Below, in pieces: positions 11,601 to 20,199 of a DNA stretch of 64,000 nt. Both the position numbers and the translations under genes were made by a program. This DNA is from Acetatifactor sp. (GTDB lineage Bacteria; Bacillota; Clostridia; Lachnospirales; Lachnospiraceae). The stretch lies in contig JAZRCR010000094.1 in the NCBI GenBank assembly GCA_045659805.1, forward strand, positions 29,684-93,683, in the 5' to 3' direction. Every line of letters starts with the position of its first letter. Position 1 is the first letter of the stretch. Below the pieces are notes generated by a model. The model had not been told where the DNA came from. It did not search any database and saw only the letters and a list, made by a program, of their open reading frames with translations.

Positions 11601-13869
11601 CATCTTTAATTATATTACGGTAGTTGACGGCTCTGCGAACGTGGGTCTGAATGAAACAGTTACTTTGCAGGTTTACCGAGCAGGCGCAGATATGGGCAAC
11701 GGTGGCAGTAATACTCCTGTTGAGGCTGAGTTGGATGTTTACTATGCCAAGGTCGGTACGTTGACCTCAGGCGATGTGACAGACTGGAATAAATTGGGTA
11801 CTAAGGATGAAAATGGAAAATTGACTGTGAGCTTCTCTGATTTTGAGCTTGGTGAGTATATTGTAGCAGTTGCAGGACGTTACGGTGAAGTCAACACAAA
11901 GAAAATTTGCTCTGCTCCCGGCGGTATTCTTCTGACTGTTAACGAGACAGGAGACTCCGGTGAAGCCGGCGGCCCCGGTAATCCCGGTGGACCCGGTGAG
12001 CCCGGCAATCCCGGTGATCCCGATGATCCTGATAGTCCCGGTGAACCTGCTGATTACGAAAATATTTTCAAGACCACCGGTGATTATCTGGAAGCTTTGG
12101 CAAAGGAATACGGTTTAACGGTTAATTCTATTGGCGGTGAGTGGATTGTAATTGGCTTGGGACGGGCAGGAAGGGATATTCCTGATGTGACTGCCTATTA
12201 TCAGGAGGTTGTAAAGTTCGTTAAAGAAAATATCAATGACAAAGAGCAGCTTCATAGAGACAAGTCAACGGAAAATTCCCGTTTGATTCTTGCTTTGACC
12301 GCACTGGGGTGTGATGTTTCCAATGTGGATGGCCATAATTTACTGGTTGGTCTGAACGATATGTCTTTCGTAAAAGCGCAGGGTATTAATGGCCCCATAT
12401 GGGCACTGATTGCCATCGATTCCCATGATTATGAGATTCCTGCAGGAGGTGATGTCACCCGCGAAGCGCTGGTGGAAGCAATTCTCGACAAGCAGCTTGA
12501 GGATGGTGGCTGGGCATTGTCAGGTGTGAAGGCAGATGCGGATATGACAGGAATGGCATTGACTGCACTGGCTCCCTACTACAGTACAAATGCTGATGTG
12601 AAGATGGCGGTGGATAATGCGCTGGCATGTCTGTCTTTGATGCAGCATTCTGATGGTGGCTTTGGTTCTGTGGATGGTGCTTGTGCGGAATCCGCAGCAC
12701 AGGTGATTGTTGCACTGACTGCATTGGGAATTAATCCTCACACAGATTCCCGTTTTGTTAAGAACAACAGAAGTGTTTTGGATGCACTTTGCGATTACTA
12801 TGTGGAAGGCGGTGGATTCAAACATGTTGCTTCTCTGGAAGTGAATGGTATGGCAACGGAGCAGAGTTATTATGCGCTGACAGCTTATTTCAGATTCCTT
12901 GAGAACCGGACTGCTCTTTATGATATGAGTGATGTTGTTATAGCAAATAATAATACCCAGGACGGCACAGGTGACAATATGGGTGAGAATACCGGAAGCA
13001 ATGCCGGAGCAAATGATGAAGGCACCCCTGAAGATAATACAGGTGCAAATGTTGCAGAAAATATCCAACCTGTAACACCGGTGAATCCGGCAGAACCCTC
13101 CAAGCCTCAGGTGCCTGTTGAAACCGAGGATGCAGATGACAAGGGATCAGAGGAGATTATTCTGACACCCAGTGCAGAAGCTGCCGGGGAGTTATTGGAG
13201 GCGCTTGATTCTGAGTCCGAACCGGAAGAAATCCTGGAAGCGATTCTGGCTTATGAAGAATTGTCAAAGGGAGAAAAAGAAGATCTGCAGATTGGTGAGC
13301 GGGTAGAAGAATTAAGAGAACAGTTGGCTAAAATGCTTCAGACCGACAGCAAGACAAATATTGCTGTGTCCGGTACAGAATGGAATATCCGAATTGTAGT
13401 AGATGATATCTCGGATGTGAAAGAGATTCAGGCTATGAAAGAAAAGTTGAACGGAAATACTGTGCTGGGACATTGGGACATCTATCTGGAAGACGCAAAG
13501 ACCGGCAAAGAAGTACAGCCGGACGGAAGCGTTATGATAAAGATTCCGCTGGCATTGCTTGAAGATTTTTCAGCTTTTGATGGACTGGCGGTAGTACATT
13601 ATGCAGATGATGGAACTGTTGAGTATTTGAGCAGCACCGTGGATGAGGAATATATCGCATTTAAAACAGTAGACTTTTCTTATTATGCAGTAGTGGGTTA
13701 CATGGGTGCATCGCCTTTGGATAACCTGACAGATGATGTAATCAGCGTTGATGTGAATACACCCGGAACACCGGTATTACCTTGGGCGATCGGCGGCGGA
13801 TGCGGACTGGCACTGCTGGCAGTGCTCCTGTTCTTAATCATGAAGAACAAAAAAGTTAAGAGTATGTAA
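5632..13869 (+). CDS. Giant (2745 aa) multidomain cell-surface protein: signal peptide, DUF4465, Cys/His mini-repeat, cadherin/Ig-like domains, 2x Big_2, DUF4430-like domain, prenyltransferase-type (alpha/alpha)6 barrel, C-terminal TM
   Basis: Signal peptide ending AYA; DUF4465-like LTFED...GFSQPGYFAYDNVAVRF (~5755-6528); Big_2 ATVTPE.T....WTSSD..VA.V..GV.TAK..G twice (~10612-11095); barrel QGINGPIWALIA, QL.DGGW, DMTGMAL.ALAPY, ESAAQVIVALTALGI, MATEQ..YAL (~12133-12933); hydrophobic tail followed by KNKKVK. Confidence 0.85.
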   Translation: MRRTKLKIRILSWVLSILMLLTAVPAYAAETVSGNGEYELKVLTFEDSDYKGNGNFVGENDWTSLIDTDNQYSGPLLYGDGMGYYSEEEAFQWYDEGNTELQHIMPYNYGVYCYFGGGHAVSNYVSGDYETYGDYTNQLTVYKNGVSEIGTGGGGYNGSDNFAVHYGYMDGSSYNGTEELSSLSFGDGKARVIDHMYVNNTIYALNCFLGGNDLTQPLSETDNVKVIATGYHEDGTTSQTEICLADGPENVITEWTKWELSGLGKVTKIEFNVLGTNDNGYGFSQPGYFAYDNVAVRFEKEAEDDTQQTEPVTLSIFANNEAVTLTDNLSSYGYVYAIIPSGSDLTMKYSDVKETITLMNFNVLNTVPYTSDTAGEFTIAAADLQANYSTMYNGYLKDRFGLTLSNADSKYVILDVEDGSINGGNNYAFIIEVLPCTHEWKDANCSAPKTCALCSATEGEKVADAHSYVDGACEYCGKLELEPTLIINAGTGWSSIDWPYQGCNINKVAVNNVKVDNFTVNGSTYYITLDSGVAADDIVELGIGTNLQYSNLWVLVDGVCITESPISASTDFIHEVQLVNGAATVVIGGCPGYNEGNYIQQYAVNKTFHFSTSGQFPVAPMLAGGSTTAALRAQDDTWSIDLATLFNNVSDSTMTYYVAIDGGEAIECDADYIYTCDTSGTRKLVFTAVNSYGNSPVYTATLTVLPEEAIQTVNYEVDGGIITWFAFTDDKLNPLPEGTTYSWDEENVTFSIVQPADINLTGKVMTFYNLVKDDPSAKLPLLTGSTQTAGAGTYWDGGVRNQQTNTLSNGTVNAAVYLYETAPSGGNNKYTTIKFAYSRLRPDTYFEYTVDGNATLTIVGDKGGVNSHYWTAAREVHIALNKETPADGIISCLEKSNSIILANGEGKFTYKTGPWYDEVTWTIKYKIDDLPALTEGVEVSTDETIPCLETYTLDLAPLFADADEADTLTYQVKLNDGEWENLEGSIFTYVPEAAQDYVFTFRVYDGFIYSEDTYTVNMTAENADAVYTVTVKNVPEGIEFYCNAGFDENGNDLLGLAVETVENTDGIVTLKIPSNVSRISWRAEGIGMSAEVSEDAELTLIEADFTVMAGEEEDTGAVVAVKYGDYTVVGSANKFLLLQAEDYTYSVTAGNTAYRNGTLENQTPVTGENVIDLVNKHFTVTAPAGSVVSAGSLSGSYSYYFEEPLSVETVDDTVVYKFAPVSVGYNPFIRVQRPDDPDAVTYWNYNVSLSDGKEFTITEDMLFMNDDGEYDADTVYRNFEKYFLDLADIYMNINAKGYIDLEVGGTKQLNMFRNWQAIEGISNSKIAQPDFSYEIITLDGSDVISIEADSNNSGVATLTAKNEGTAIVLVTYDAMYSTLTCSGASGGNGGARQFSAIWPERTGVFVVSVGKDGSAIETNMLCNGKALDAEHSPQFYTGTAGAFVSFKPESGCTVTVNRSVVGEETLSFGEFTAEGVTVAEDGTVTVSGLTSGRHIIRVEKDGLYTYQVVTAQQVTVDIKDAEGNPVTEDTVLDAGETIKITVTGLTSPAEKLATAYNFNWQITYLDQEGNAYKNSAGTSYGRYDFSSTPQVLTVTIPADWSGDTMTLNGYIVAGGYGGKSIGGHREMTYVGSGMANGEPPAGTNLGTLPGITLNVKPMPIPATGVTLDKEIAELRVTENITLTATVTPENTTEKAVWTSSDETVAIVENGVITAKAAGSTTVTVTVGTYSAYCVVTVLAPIEVTQVTLNQTTAKLEPGKLLYLAATVTPEDATDKTVTWTSSDTEVASVDANGVVTAKTEGTAVITAKAGDITSDCSVTVEKKEDIDDTVTVYLSISHDAQFVKPDASGIVMAMQKVDVPYFDLSLYGLEAYKIPEGNDDYGKITAMHLYLYATEVFYCGIDAADAGKGYLYTQGILGTDALTITGSAGSSYMNKFWGYDENLNYYLNYQYPTYAGTTIGATADRIILSDGDIVTVGHFDNWAFYEDPASIFNYITVVDGSANVGLNETVTLQVYRAGADMGNGGSNTPVEAELDVYYAKVGTLTSGDVTDWNKLGTKDENGKLTVSFSDFELGEYIVAVAGRYGEVNTKKICSAPGGILLTVNETGDSGEAGGPGNPGGPGEPGNPGDPDDPDSPGEPADYENIFKTTGDYLEALAKEYGLTVNSIGGEWIVIGLGRAGRDIPDVTAYYQEVVKFVKENINDKEQLHRDKSTENSRLILALTALGCDVSNVDGHNLLVGLNDMSFVKAQGINGPIWALIAIDSHDYEIPAGGDVTREALVEAILDKQLEDGGWALSGVKADADMTGMALTALAPYYSTNADVKMAVDNALACLSLMQHSDGGFGSVDGACAESAAQVIVALTALGINPHTDSRFVKNNRSVLDALCDYYVEGGGFKHVASLEVNGMATEQSYYALTAYFRFLENRTALYDMSDVVIANNNTQDGTGDNMGENTGSNAGANDEGTPEDNTGANVAENIQPVTPVNPAEPSKPQVPVETEDADDKGSEEIILTPSAEAAGELLEALDSESEPEEILEAILAYEELSKGEKEDLQIGERVEELREQLAKMLQTDSKTNIAVSGTEWNIRIVVDDISDVKEIQAMKEKLNGNTVLGHWDIYLEDAKTGKEVQPDGSVMIKIPLALLEDFSAFDGLAVVHYADDGTVEYLSSTVDEEYIAFKTVDFSYYAVVGYMGASPLDNLTDDVISVDVNTPGTPVLPWAIGGGCGLALLAVLLFLIMKNKKVKSM
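11950..12050 (+). repeat. Intragenic 9-nt (PGX/PDX)n low-complexity linker
   Basis: Repeated CCCGGT/CCCGGC units encoding GGPGNPGGPGEPGNPGDPDDPDSPGEP. Confidence 0.8.
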
Positions 13870-13879
13870 TGACCGGTCA

Positions 13880-13907
13880 CAGGCAGGGGGATTTTTCTTC
13901 CTGCCTG
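13880..13907 (+). promoter_or_regulatory. Intergenic stem-loop after the giant gene (attenuator or mRNA stabiliser)
   Basis: CAGGCAGG/CCTGCCTG inverted repeat; no strong U-tract. Confidence 0.4.
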
Positions 13908-13951
13908 GAGCGGCTTTCCAAAGAAAAAAAGAATGAAATGAGAAAAACCAT

Positions 13952-14839
13952 ATGAGAGATGCCTTTTCGGACTGTCATCCGCTCATCAATTTCATATTTT
14001 ACATAGGAGCGCTGGTCATGGGGATGTGCTTTATCCACCCGGCATTTCTGGTGGGTTCTCTGATATTATCCTTCGCTTATTATTTGGCGCTGAAGAGAAG
14101 ATGTCTGAAATACCTGGCGGTAATGAGCGGTATCTTTGCAGCGATTTCCCTGATCAATCCCATATTCAGCATATATGGGGAGCACACCCTGTTTACCTGG
14201 CCGGGAGGAAGACCGTATACGCTGGAGGCACTGTGTTACGGTATGGTTCTGGCGGCTATGTTTATGACTGTGCTCACCTGGTTTGCCACTTACAATGAAG
14301 TAATGACCGGTGATAAGCTTTTATATTGCTTTGGGAGACTTTCGCCTTCCGTATCGCTGATTCTGACCATGGTGCTGCGGTTGGTCCCCTCTTTTCAGAA
14401 AAAAGCGGAAGCGATCGGCGGAGCAAGGAAATGTATCGGGAAGTCCGTTGAAAGCGGGACCCAAAAAGAAAAAGTGGAAAACGGAATGACCATTGTATCC
14501 TCACTGACCTCCTGGGCGTTGGAGGGAGGTATCGTCATGGCGGACAGTATGAGAAGCCGTGGTTTTGGTACGGGAAAGCGCACCGGCTTTTCTGTTTACC
14601 ATATGGGAAAGAGAGATAAAGTCCTGCTGGGACTGATGATTGTATTTTTAGGTGTGATTGTAATCTGTGCATTTCGTGGGGGAATGGATGTAACCTATCT
14701 TCCGCAGATACACATTTCAGGAACAGAGGATGGTTGGACGGTTTTGGGAACGGTTTGCTATCTGGCTTTCCTGTCTATACCAACAGTATTACATATTTGG
14801 GAGGAACTGACATGGCGCATTTTGAGATCAAAGATTTAA
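13952..14839 (+). CDS. ECF transporter transmembrane T component
   Basis: HPLINFIF start, multiple TMs, LR.VP, ADSMRSRGFG coupling motif. Confidence 0.88.
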   Translation: MRDAFSDCHPLINFIFYIGALVMGMCFIHPAFLVGSLILSFAYYLALKRRCLKYLAVMSGIFAAISLINPIFSIYGEHTLFTWPGGRPYTLEALCYGMVLAAMFMTVLTWFATYNEVMTGDKLLYCFGRLSPSVSLILTMVLRLVPSFQKKAEAIGGARKCIGKSVESGTQKEKVENGMTIVSSLTSWALEGGIVMADSMRSRGFGTGKRTGFSVYHMGKRDKVLLGLMIVFLGVIVICAFRGGMDVTYLPQIHISGTEDGWTVLGTVCYLAFLSIPTVLHIWEELTWRILRSKI

Positions 14840-16524
14840 GCTTTTGCTATCCGGCATCCCCGGAACGTCCGGCACTGGATAATGTATCCCTGGCTATTGA
14901 GCAGGGAGAATATGTGACCGTATGCGGTCGCAGCGGCAGCGGCAAGACCACCTTGTTAAAACATCTGAAGAGTGTGTTGGCGCCCCACGGAAAGATCAAA
15001 GGGCAGATTTTATTTCAGGGAAGACCGTTAAAAGAAGTAAGCTTGCGGGAACAGTCCTCACAAATAGGGTTTGTGATGCAGAATCCGGACAACCAGATCG
15101 TGACCGATAAAGTCTGGCATGAGTTGGCATTTGGCCTGGAGAGTCTGGGGTGTGACCAGAAGACCATGCGTTTGCGTGTGGCGGAGATGGCAAGCTATTT
15201 TGGTATTCAGGATTGGTTCCATAAGAATGTATCGGAGTTATCCGGCGGACAGAAGCAGCTTTTGAACCTTGCGTCCATTATGGCTATGCAGCCCGGTGTA
15301 TTGATTCTGGATGAGCCTACCAGCCAGCTGGATCCAATCGCAGCGTCGGATTTTTTAAATACTGTGCGTAAGATCAACAGGGAGCTTCGGACCACCATTA
15401 TTATCACGGAGCACAGACTGGAAGATATTTTCTATGCTTCTGACCGGGTGATTGTGATGGAGGAAGGCAGGGTCATTGCCAATGACAAACCGGAAAACAT
15501 CGGTAACTTTTTAAAGGGAGAAAACAACTGTATGTTTGCGGCTATGCCTGCACCGGTACAGATTTATCACGGTGTCCGGGAGAAAGTACCTTCCGCAAAA
15601 GAACGTCTGTCTGAGCCCGCCTGTCCCCTTACCGTCCGGGAAGGTGCAGAATGGCTGGACCGGTTGTTTGCAGGGGTCAGTATCACGGAGACCAAGGTGG
15701 ATAAGGGAGAGAAGTATATTGAGCAAGATATCAGTAACCCGGCAGTTGATGTGCGGGAGCTGTGGTTCCGGTATGAGAAGGATTCTCCGGATATTATAAA
15801 GGGAGTTTCCCTGAAGGTGCCTAAGAACAATCTTTTTGCCATTGTGGGAGGCAACGGAACCGGTAAGTCTACCACCTTAAAAGCCATCTGCGGTATCTGC
15901 AGACCTTATCGTGGAAAAGTACTGATTGATGGCAAAAGAATAGAAAAGTATAAATCCGGAGAACTCTTCCAAGGGATGCTTGCCATGTTGCCCCAGGACC
16001 CTCAAAGTCTGTTTGTGCATAAGACGGTTAAGGAAGACCTGGAAGAGATGCTGTCCGGGAAATCATCAGAGAAAATGTCTGATGCAGCAAAGCTTGCGAA
16101 AGTTGCAAAGCTTTGTGAAATTACAGAGTTGCTGGAAAACCACCCGTATGATCTGTCCGGCGGAGAGCAGCAACGGGCTGCGCTTGCAAAGGTATTGCTG
16201 ACAGAACCTAAGATTTTGCTTTTGGATGAGCCTACCAAAGGCATTGACAGTTTTTTTAAGATGAAATTTGCAGAGATTATGACAAAGCTGAAGAAGCAAG
16301 GTGTGACCATTATCATGGTGTCCCACGATGTGGAATTCTGTGCCCGGTATGCGGATACGGTAAGTTTGTTCTTTGACGGTGGGATCGTTACGACCAATAC
16401 TCCAAATCGGTTCTTCTCCGGTAACAGCTTTTATACCACAGCGGCTAACCGCATGAGCCGCCACTTGTTTGAGAATACCATTACCAACGAGGAGGTCATT
16501 GCATTATGCCAAAAGAATTTATAA
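14812..16524 (+). CDS. ECF transporter fused double ATPase (A-A')
   Basis: Two Walker A motifs (GRSGSGKTT, GGNGTGKST), LSGGQKQ/LSGGEQQ, LDEPT twice; start re-set to ATG 14812 behind GGAGG. Confidence 0.92.
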   Translation: MAHFEIKDLSFCYPASPERPALDNVSLAIEQGEYVTVCGRSGSGKTTLLKHLKSVLAPHGKIKGQILFQGRPLKEVSLREQSSQIGFVMQNPDNQIVTDKVWHELAFGLESLGCDQKTMRLRVAEMASYFGIQDWFHKNVSELSGGQKQLLNLASIMAMQPGVLILDEPTSQLDPIAASDFLNTVRKINRELRTTIIITEHRLEDIFYASDRVIVMEEGRVIANDKPENIGNFLKGENNCMFAAMPAPVQIYHGVREKVPSAKERLSEPACPLTVREGAEWLDRLFAGVSITETKVDKGEKYIEQDISNPAVDVRELWFRYEKDSPDIIKGVSLKVPKNNLFAIVGGNGTGKSTTLKAICGICRPYRGKVLIDGKRIEKYKSGELFQGMLAMLPQDPQSLFVHKTVKEDLEEMLSGKSSEKMSDAAKLAKVAKLCEITELLENHPYDLSGGEQQRAALAKVLLTEPKILLLDEPTKGIDSFFKMKFAEIMTKLKKQGVTIIMVSHDVEFCARYADTVSLFFDGGIVTTNTPNRFFSGNSFYTTAANRMSRHLFENTITNEEVIALCQKNL

Positions 16525-17165
16525 ACGAAAACTATTATCTGATCAGTGTGGGGTTGATCCTGGTGGCATTTGCGGTATTTTTCTTCTCTTATGAAAAAAG
16601 GAGACCGCAGGCAAGGGAGCTGGTAACCTTATCCGTTATGAGTGCCATTGCCATTGCATCCAGAGCAGCTTTTGCAATGATTCCCTTCTTTAAGCCAATG
16701 AGTGGGATCGTTATGATTACGGGTATGGCTTTTGGACCGGGTGCAGGCTTTTTGACCGGTGTTGTCAGTGGATTTGTCAGCAATTTTATTTTCGGGCAGG
16801 GTGCCTGGACTCCGTGGCAGATGTTTGCCTATGGAATGGCCGGTGCACTGGCCGGCTGGTTTCATAAAAAAAGGCTTATGCATGAGGAGCGGCGGATGCA
16901 GACTGCATTATTGGGATATGCCATCATTCAGGTGATTGTAGGACCGATATTGGATGTGTGCGCCATCTTTACCATGGGACAGCCGGTGACCGGTGCTTAT
17001 GCATTGACGATCCTTGGTTCGGGGCTGATTCCGAACATGATCCATGGTGTGGCGACAGCAGTGACATTACTTTTGCTGTCGAGACCCATGATGGAGAAAC
17101 TGGACCGCATGAAGACAAAGTACGGCATGATGAGTAATGAGAGCAGCGAGTGGGAAGAGGTTTAA
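16506..17165 (+). CDS. ECF S component, CbrT-like (cobalamin)
   Basis: R.AFA.IP.FKP...IV...G..FG...GF..G.....VSNF.FGQG.WTPWQM; located in a B12-riboswitch operon. Confidence 0.85.
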   Translation: MPKEFINENYYLISVGLILVAFAVFFFSYEKRRPQARELVTLSVMSAIAIASRAAFAMIPFFKPMSGIVMITGMAFGPGAGFLTGVVSGFVSNFIFGQGAWTPWQMFAYGMAGALAGWFHKKRLMHEERRMQTALLGYAIIQVIVGPILDVCAIFTMGQPVTGAYALTILGSGLIPNMIHGVATAVTLLLLSRPMMEKLDRMKTKYGMMSNESSEWEEV

Positions 17166-18053
17166 ATGAGATTCGACAGTTACCATCCAATGATCAATTT
17201 CATCTATTTTGCAGCGGCCATTGCCTGTACCGTAAGTTTTAACCATCCGGTTTTTCTGGCAATTTCCTTTGTGTGTGCATTTTTGTACTCTGTAAAGTTG
17301 AACGGGTGGAAAAGCCTGGTGCTGAACCTGTGTCTGGTAATACTGGCGGTAGTGTATGCCAACTGGTATGCTTCTTATAACCACTTTGGGGTTACAAATA
17401 TCAAGTCGAATCTTATAGGGAATCAGATCACCTTGGAGTCGGTGGTATACGGATTGGTACAGGGGATGACAGTGGTTACGGTTGTAATCTGGTTTTGCTG
17501 TATTTTTAAATTGATCACAGCAGATAAAGTGGTGTATCTGTTTGGAAGGATTTCTCCCAGGCTTTCGCTGTTTTTATCCATTCTGCTCCGTGCTGTCCCC
17601 AGAATCAAGGTAAGGGCAAAGCGCATTGAGGTTTCCGGGGAGGGCATCGGACGGGGCATACGCCAGGGAAGTCTCCGGCAGAGATTCCGAAATATGTTGG
17701 CATTGATTTCTATTCTGATCACCTGGACACTGGAGGACTTTGTAGAGAGCAGTAATTCCATGAAGAGCAGAGGTTATTCTTTGCGAGGACGGACGGCCTT
17801 TTCCATTTATCGTTTTGACAACAGGGACAGAGGACTGGTGATTGTCTTTTTCTGGTGTCTGACTGCAATGATGATGGCGGTACTGTTTAACCAAACCGGG
17901 ATTTATTATGATCCCGTGATCATTATGAACAGGGTTACGGCTTTGTCGTATGTATTTTATGGAGTGTATGCCTTGTTTTTGTTGATGCCGCTGGGGTTGC
18001 AGATAGTGGGGGAATATTGTTTCAGAAAATCATGCAAGAAGATAAGTCGATAA
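17166..18053 (+). CDS. Second ECF T component
   Basis: YHPMINFIYF, LLRAVP, SNSMKSRGY; paralogous to 13952-14839. Confidence 0.85.
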   Translation: MRFDSYHPMINFIYFAAAIACTVSFNHPVFLAISFVCAFLYSVKLNGWKSLVLNLCLVILAVVYANWYASYNHFGVTNIKSNLIGNQITLESVVYGLVQGMTVVTVVIWFCCIFKLITADKVVYLFGRISPRLSLFLSILLRAVPRIKVRAKRIEVSGEGIGRGIRQGSLRQRFRNMLALISILITWTLEDFVESSNSMKSRGYSLRGRTAFSIYRFDNRDRGLVIVFFWCLTAMMMAVLFNQTGIYYDPVIIMNRVTALSYVFYGVYALFLLMPLGLQIVGEYCFRKSCKKISR

Positions 18054-18194
18054 CGTAAGATGAAACTGAAAGAGGACTCTTTTTTCTTGACAGATACAGG
18101 TAAGGCGTGATATGGTGAGAAAAGTTCCGCAGGAATGTGGGACTCAGGTTTGTGATATACATGCTCAAAAATGGCAGATTTCAGGAGGTGTAAG

Positions 18195-19253
18195 ATGTAT
18201 CAGTCTATCAGGCCCGGTCAGATCTGGCTGGATACAAAAGGTGAACGGATTCAGGCACATGGCGGCTCTGTTATGTACCTGGACGGTTTGTATTATTGGT
18301 ATGGTGAAAATAAAGAAAAGACAGATCCCGACAAAAAGATCTGGCACTGGGGCGTGAGATGTTATACCTCAAAAGATTTGTACAACTGGGAAGACAAGGG
18401 GCTTATCATACCGCCGGATACGGAAGATCCCAGCTCCTCGCTGCATCCCACCGCTTATATGGACAGGCCTCACATTATTTATAATAAAAGGACGAAAAAA
18501 TTCGTATGCTGGCTCAAGGTCATGAATATAGACGGCACACAGTCAGAGACGGTTCTGACCGCCGATCACATATTGGGACCTTATACAAAAGTAAAAGAGG
18601 GGCTTCGCCCGTTAAATATGAGTGCCGGAGATTTTGATCTTGCAGTGGCAGATGACGGTAAGGCATATTATTATTTTGAAAGAGTTCACAGTGAAACAAT
18701 TTGTGCAGATCTGACGGAAGATTATACAGATGTTACAGGATTTTACAGTACGCATTTTCCGCACAAATACCCTCCGTACGTCAGGGAAGCGACAGCACAT
18801 TTTATCAGGGACGGAAAACATTATCTGATCACATCGGGGACAACGGGATACTATCCCAATCCTTCCGAGGTTGCAGTAGGAGACAGCTGGCACGGGCCTT
18901 ATCGTGTGCTTGGCAATCCCCACGTGAATGATACCAGCCGTACTTCTTTCCACAGTCAGATTTCTTCTGTACTGAAAGTGGCGGGGAAGAAAGATTTATA
19001 TATTGCCTGTGCGGACCGCTGGCTTCCGGAGGCAATGGATCTTCCGTACGAGGAATATGCAGAATTTTTCGAAGCGATGTTCCGGCCTGATATCGATCCG
19101 AAGGAGAAGAAGAGGATAGCAGATGCCTTTTCGGTGAAAAAGGCCCGGGAAAATACGAAAATAGCGGATTATGTCTGGCTTCCGCTGCGGTTTGAAGGGG
19201 AGATGCCGTATATTGATTGGCGGGATGAGTGGCGCATAGAAGATTATGAATAA
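18195..19253 (+). CDS. Glycoside hydrolase family 43 (five-bladed propeller), cytoplasmic
   Basis: W.DT.G..IQAHGG......YYWYGE, V.CY.SKDL.NW...G, RP.IIYN..T..FV.W, AGDF.L, REA..F, YLITSG.TG..PN, SQ, ADRW, YVWLP; ATG 18195 after AGGAGGT. Confidence 0.85.
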   Translation: MYQSIRPGQIWLDTKGERIQAHGGSVMYLDGLYYWYGENKEKTDPDKKIWHWGVRCYTSKDLYNWEDKGLIIPPDTEDPSSSLHPTAYMDRPHIIYNKRTKKFVCWLKVMNIDGTQSETVLTADHILGPYTKVKEGLRPLNMSAGDFDLAVADDGKAYYYFERVHSETICADLTEDYTDVTGFYSTHFPHKYPPYVREATAHFIRDGKHYLITSGTTGYYPNPSEVAVGDSWHGPYRVLGNPHVNDTSRTSFHSQISSVLKVAGKKDLYIACADRWLPEAMDLPYEEYAEFFEAMFRPDIDPKEKKRIADAFSVKKARENTKIADYVWLPLRFEGEMPYIDWRDEWRIEDYE

Positions 19254-19286
19254 AACGTAACTGCAGACGGTTCAATATTAAATGTG

Positions 19287-19331
19287 AAAAGTGCCTCAGA
19301 CTCTGATTACATCAAAGCCTGAGGCACTTTT
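19287..19331. terminator. Bidirectional intrinsic terminator
   Basis: AAAAGTGCCTCAG...CTGAGGCACTTTT between convergent genes. Confidence 0.8.
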
Positions 19332-19366
19332 GTGTCCAAATATGCCGGATTCAGCTTGTCATTGAC

Positions 19367-20191
19367 TTAGCTGTTCCAAAGTTTCGCCAGGTATTCCTTA
19401 GCAATCAGGATATCCTTGGTCTGCTGTTCGCCGGTGATCTCACGCTCAATGGTGATAAAGCGGTCGTACTCCAGAGCTTTCAGCTTCTTGATAACCTTCT
19501 CGAAGTCTACCCATCCCTGGCCTACAGGTGTCTCGACACCCAGCTCTCTGGGAGTGGTGGGAAGCTTGCCGTCTTTGCCGTGGAAGTTGCGGACATACTT
19601 GCCAATGATCTCCAGGGCATCTACAGGGTTTCCGTAGCCGTACATTACGATGTTGGCAGGATCGAAGTTAACGAACACATTGCCGGTGCCTACATCCTGG
19701 ATCAGACGGAGCAGGGTAATGGGAGCCTCACCGCCGGTCTCAAGCAGCAGGTTCATGCCAAGCTTCTTTGCGTGGGAAGCGATGGAATAAACAGATGCAC
19801 AAAGGCTTGCGTACTGAGGTGCAAAGGGATCGTTGGGAACAAAGCCTGCGTGGATGACAACATCGGTCACACCCATAGCATTACAGAAGGTGCAGGCGTT
19901 TTTCACATACTCGATACGGGTCTGGCGGAATGCTTCGATGTTCAGACCGGCATTCTGGAAGCCGTAATAGTTGTCCCATGTGGTTTCGTTATCGTAAAAT
20001 CCGCAGAACTGTGCAGAGATCTCTACATCATATTTGGCAGCAGCGGCCTTGATGATCTCAGCGTCCTCTTTGGTGTAGACAGCGGGCTTGTAAACCAGCT
20101 GGCAGGAGGGGAAACCGGCATCATGTACTTCTTTGAACTTAGTTTCTGCCTCGGTGATATTTTCAACGCGTAATAAAATTCCGAATTTCAT
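19367..20191 (-). CDS. Sugar-phosphate isomerase/epimerase (AP endonuclease 2 TIM barrel)
   Basis: H.GF.P, LLETG.E, NFDPAN, HGKDG, E...GQG.VDF, TIERE metal-binding motifs. Confidence 0.85.
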   Translation of the reverse strand: MKFGILLRVENITEAETKFKEVHDAGFPSCQLVYKPAVYTKEDAEIIKAAAAKYDVEISAQFCGFYDNETTWDNYYGFQNAGLNIEAFRQTRIEYVKNACTFCNAMGVTDVVIHAGFVPNDPFAPQYASLCASVYSIASHAKKLGMNLLLETGGEAPITLLRLIQDVGTGNVFVNFDPANIVMYGYGNPVDALEIIGKYVRNFHGKDGKLPTTPRELGVETPVGQGWVDFEKVIKKLKALEYDRFITIEREITGEQQTKDILIAKEYLAKLWNS

Positions 20192-20199
20192 GGCGCCTC

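Noticed and set aside
11950-12050. Collagen triple helix
   Set aside because: Only about eight Gly-X-Y-like triplets before decaying to PDD/PDS; better read as a flexible linker
12133-12933. Squalene-hopene cyclase or prenyltransferase activity
   Set aside because: Single extracellular barrel with no DXDD motif; the B12 context favours a binding role
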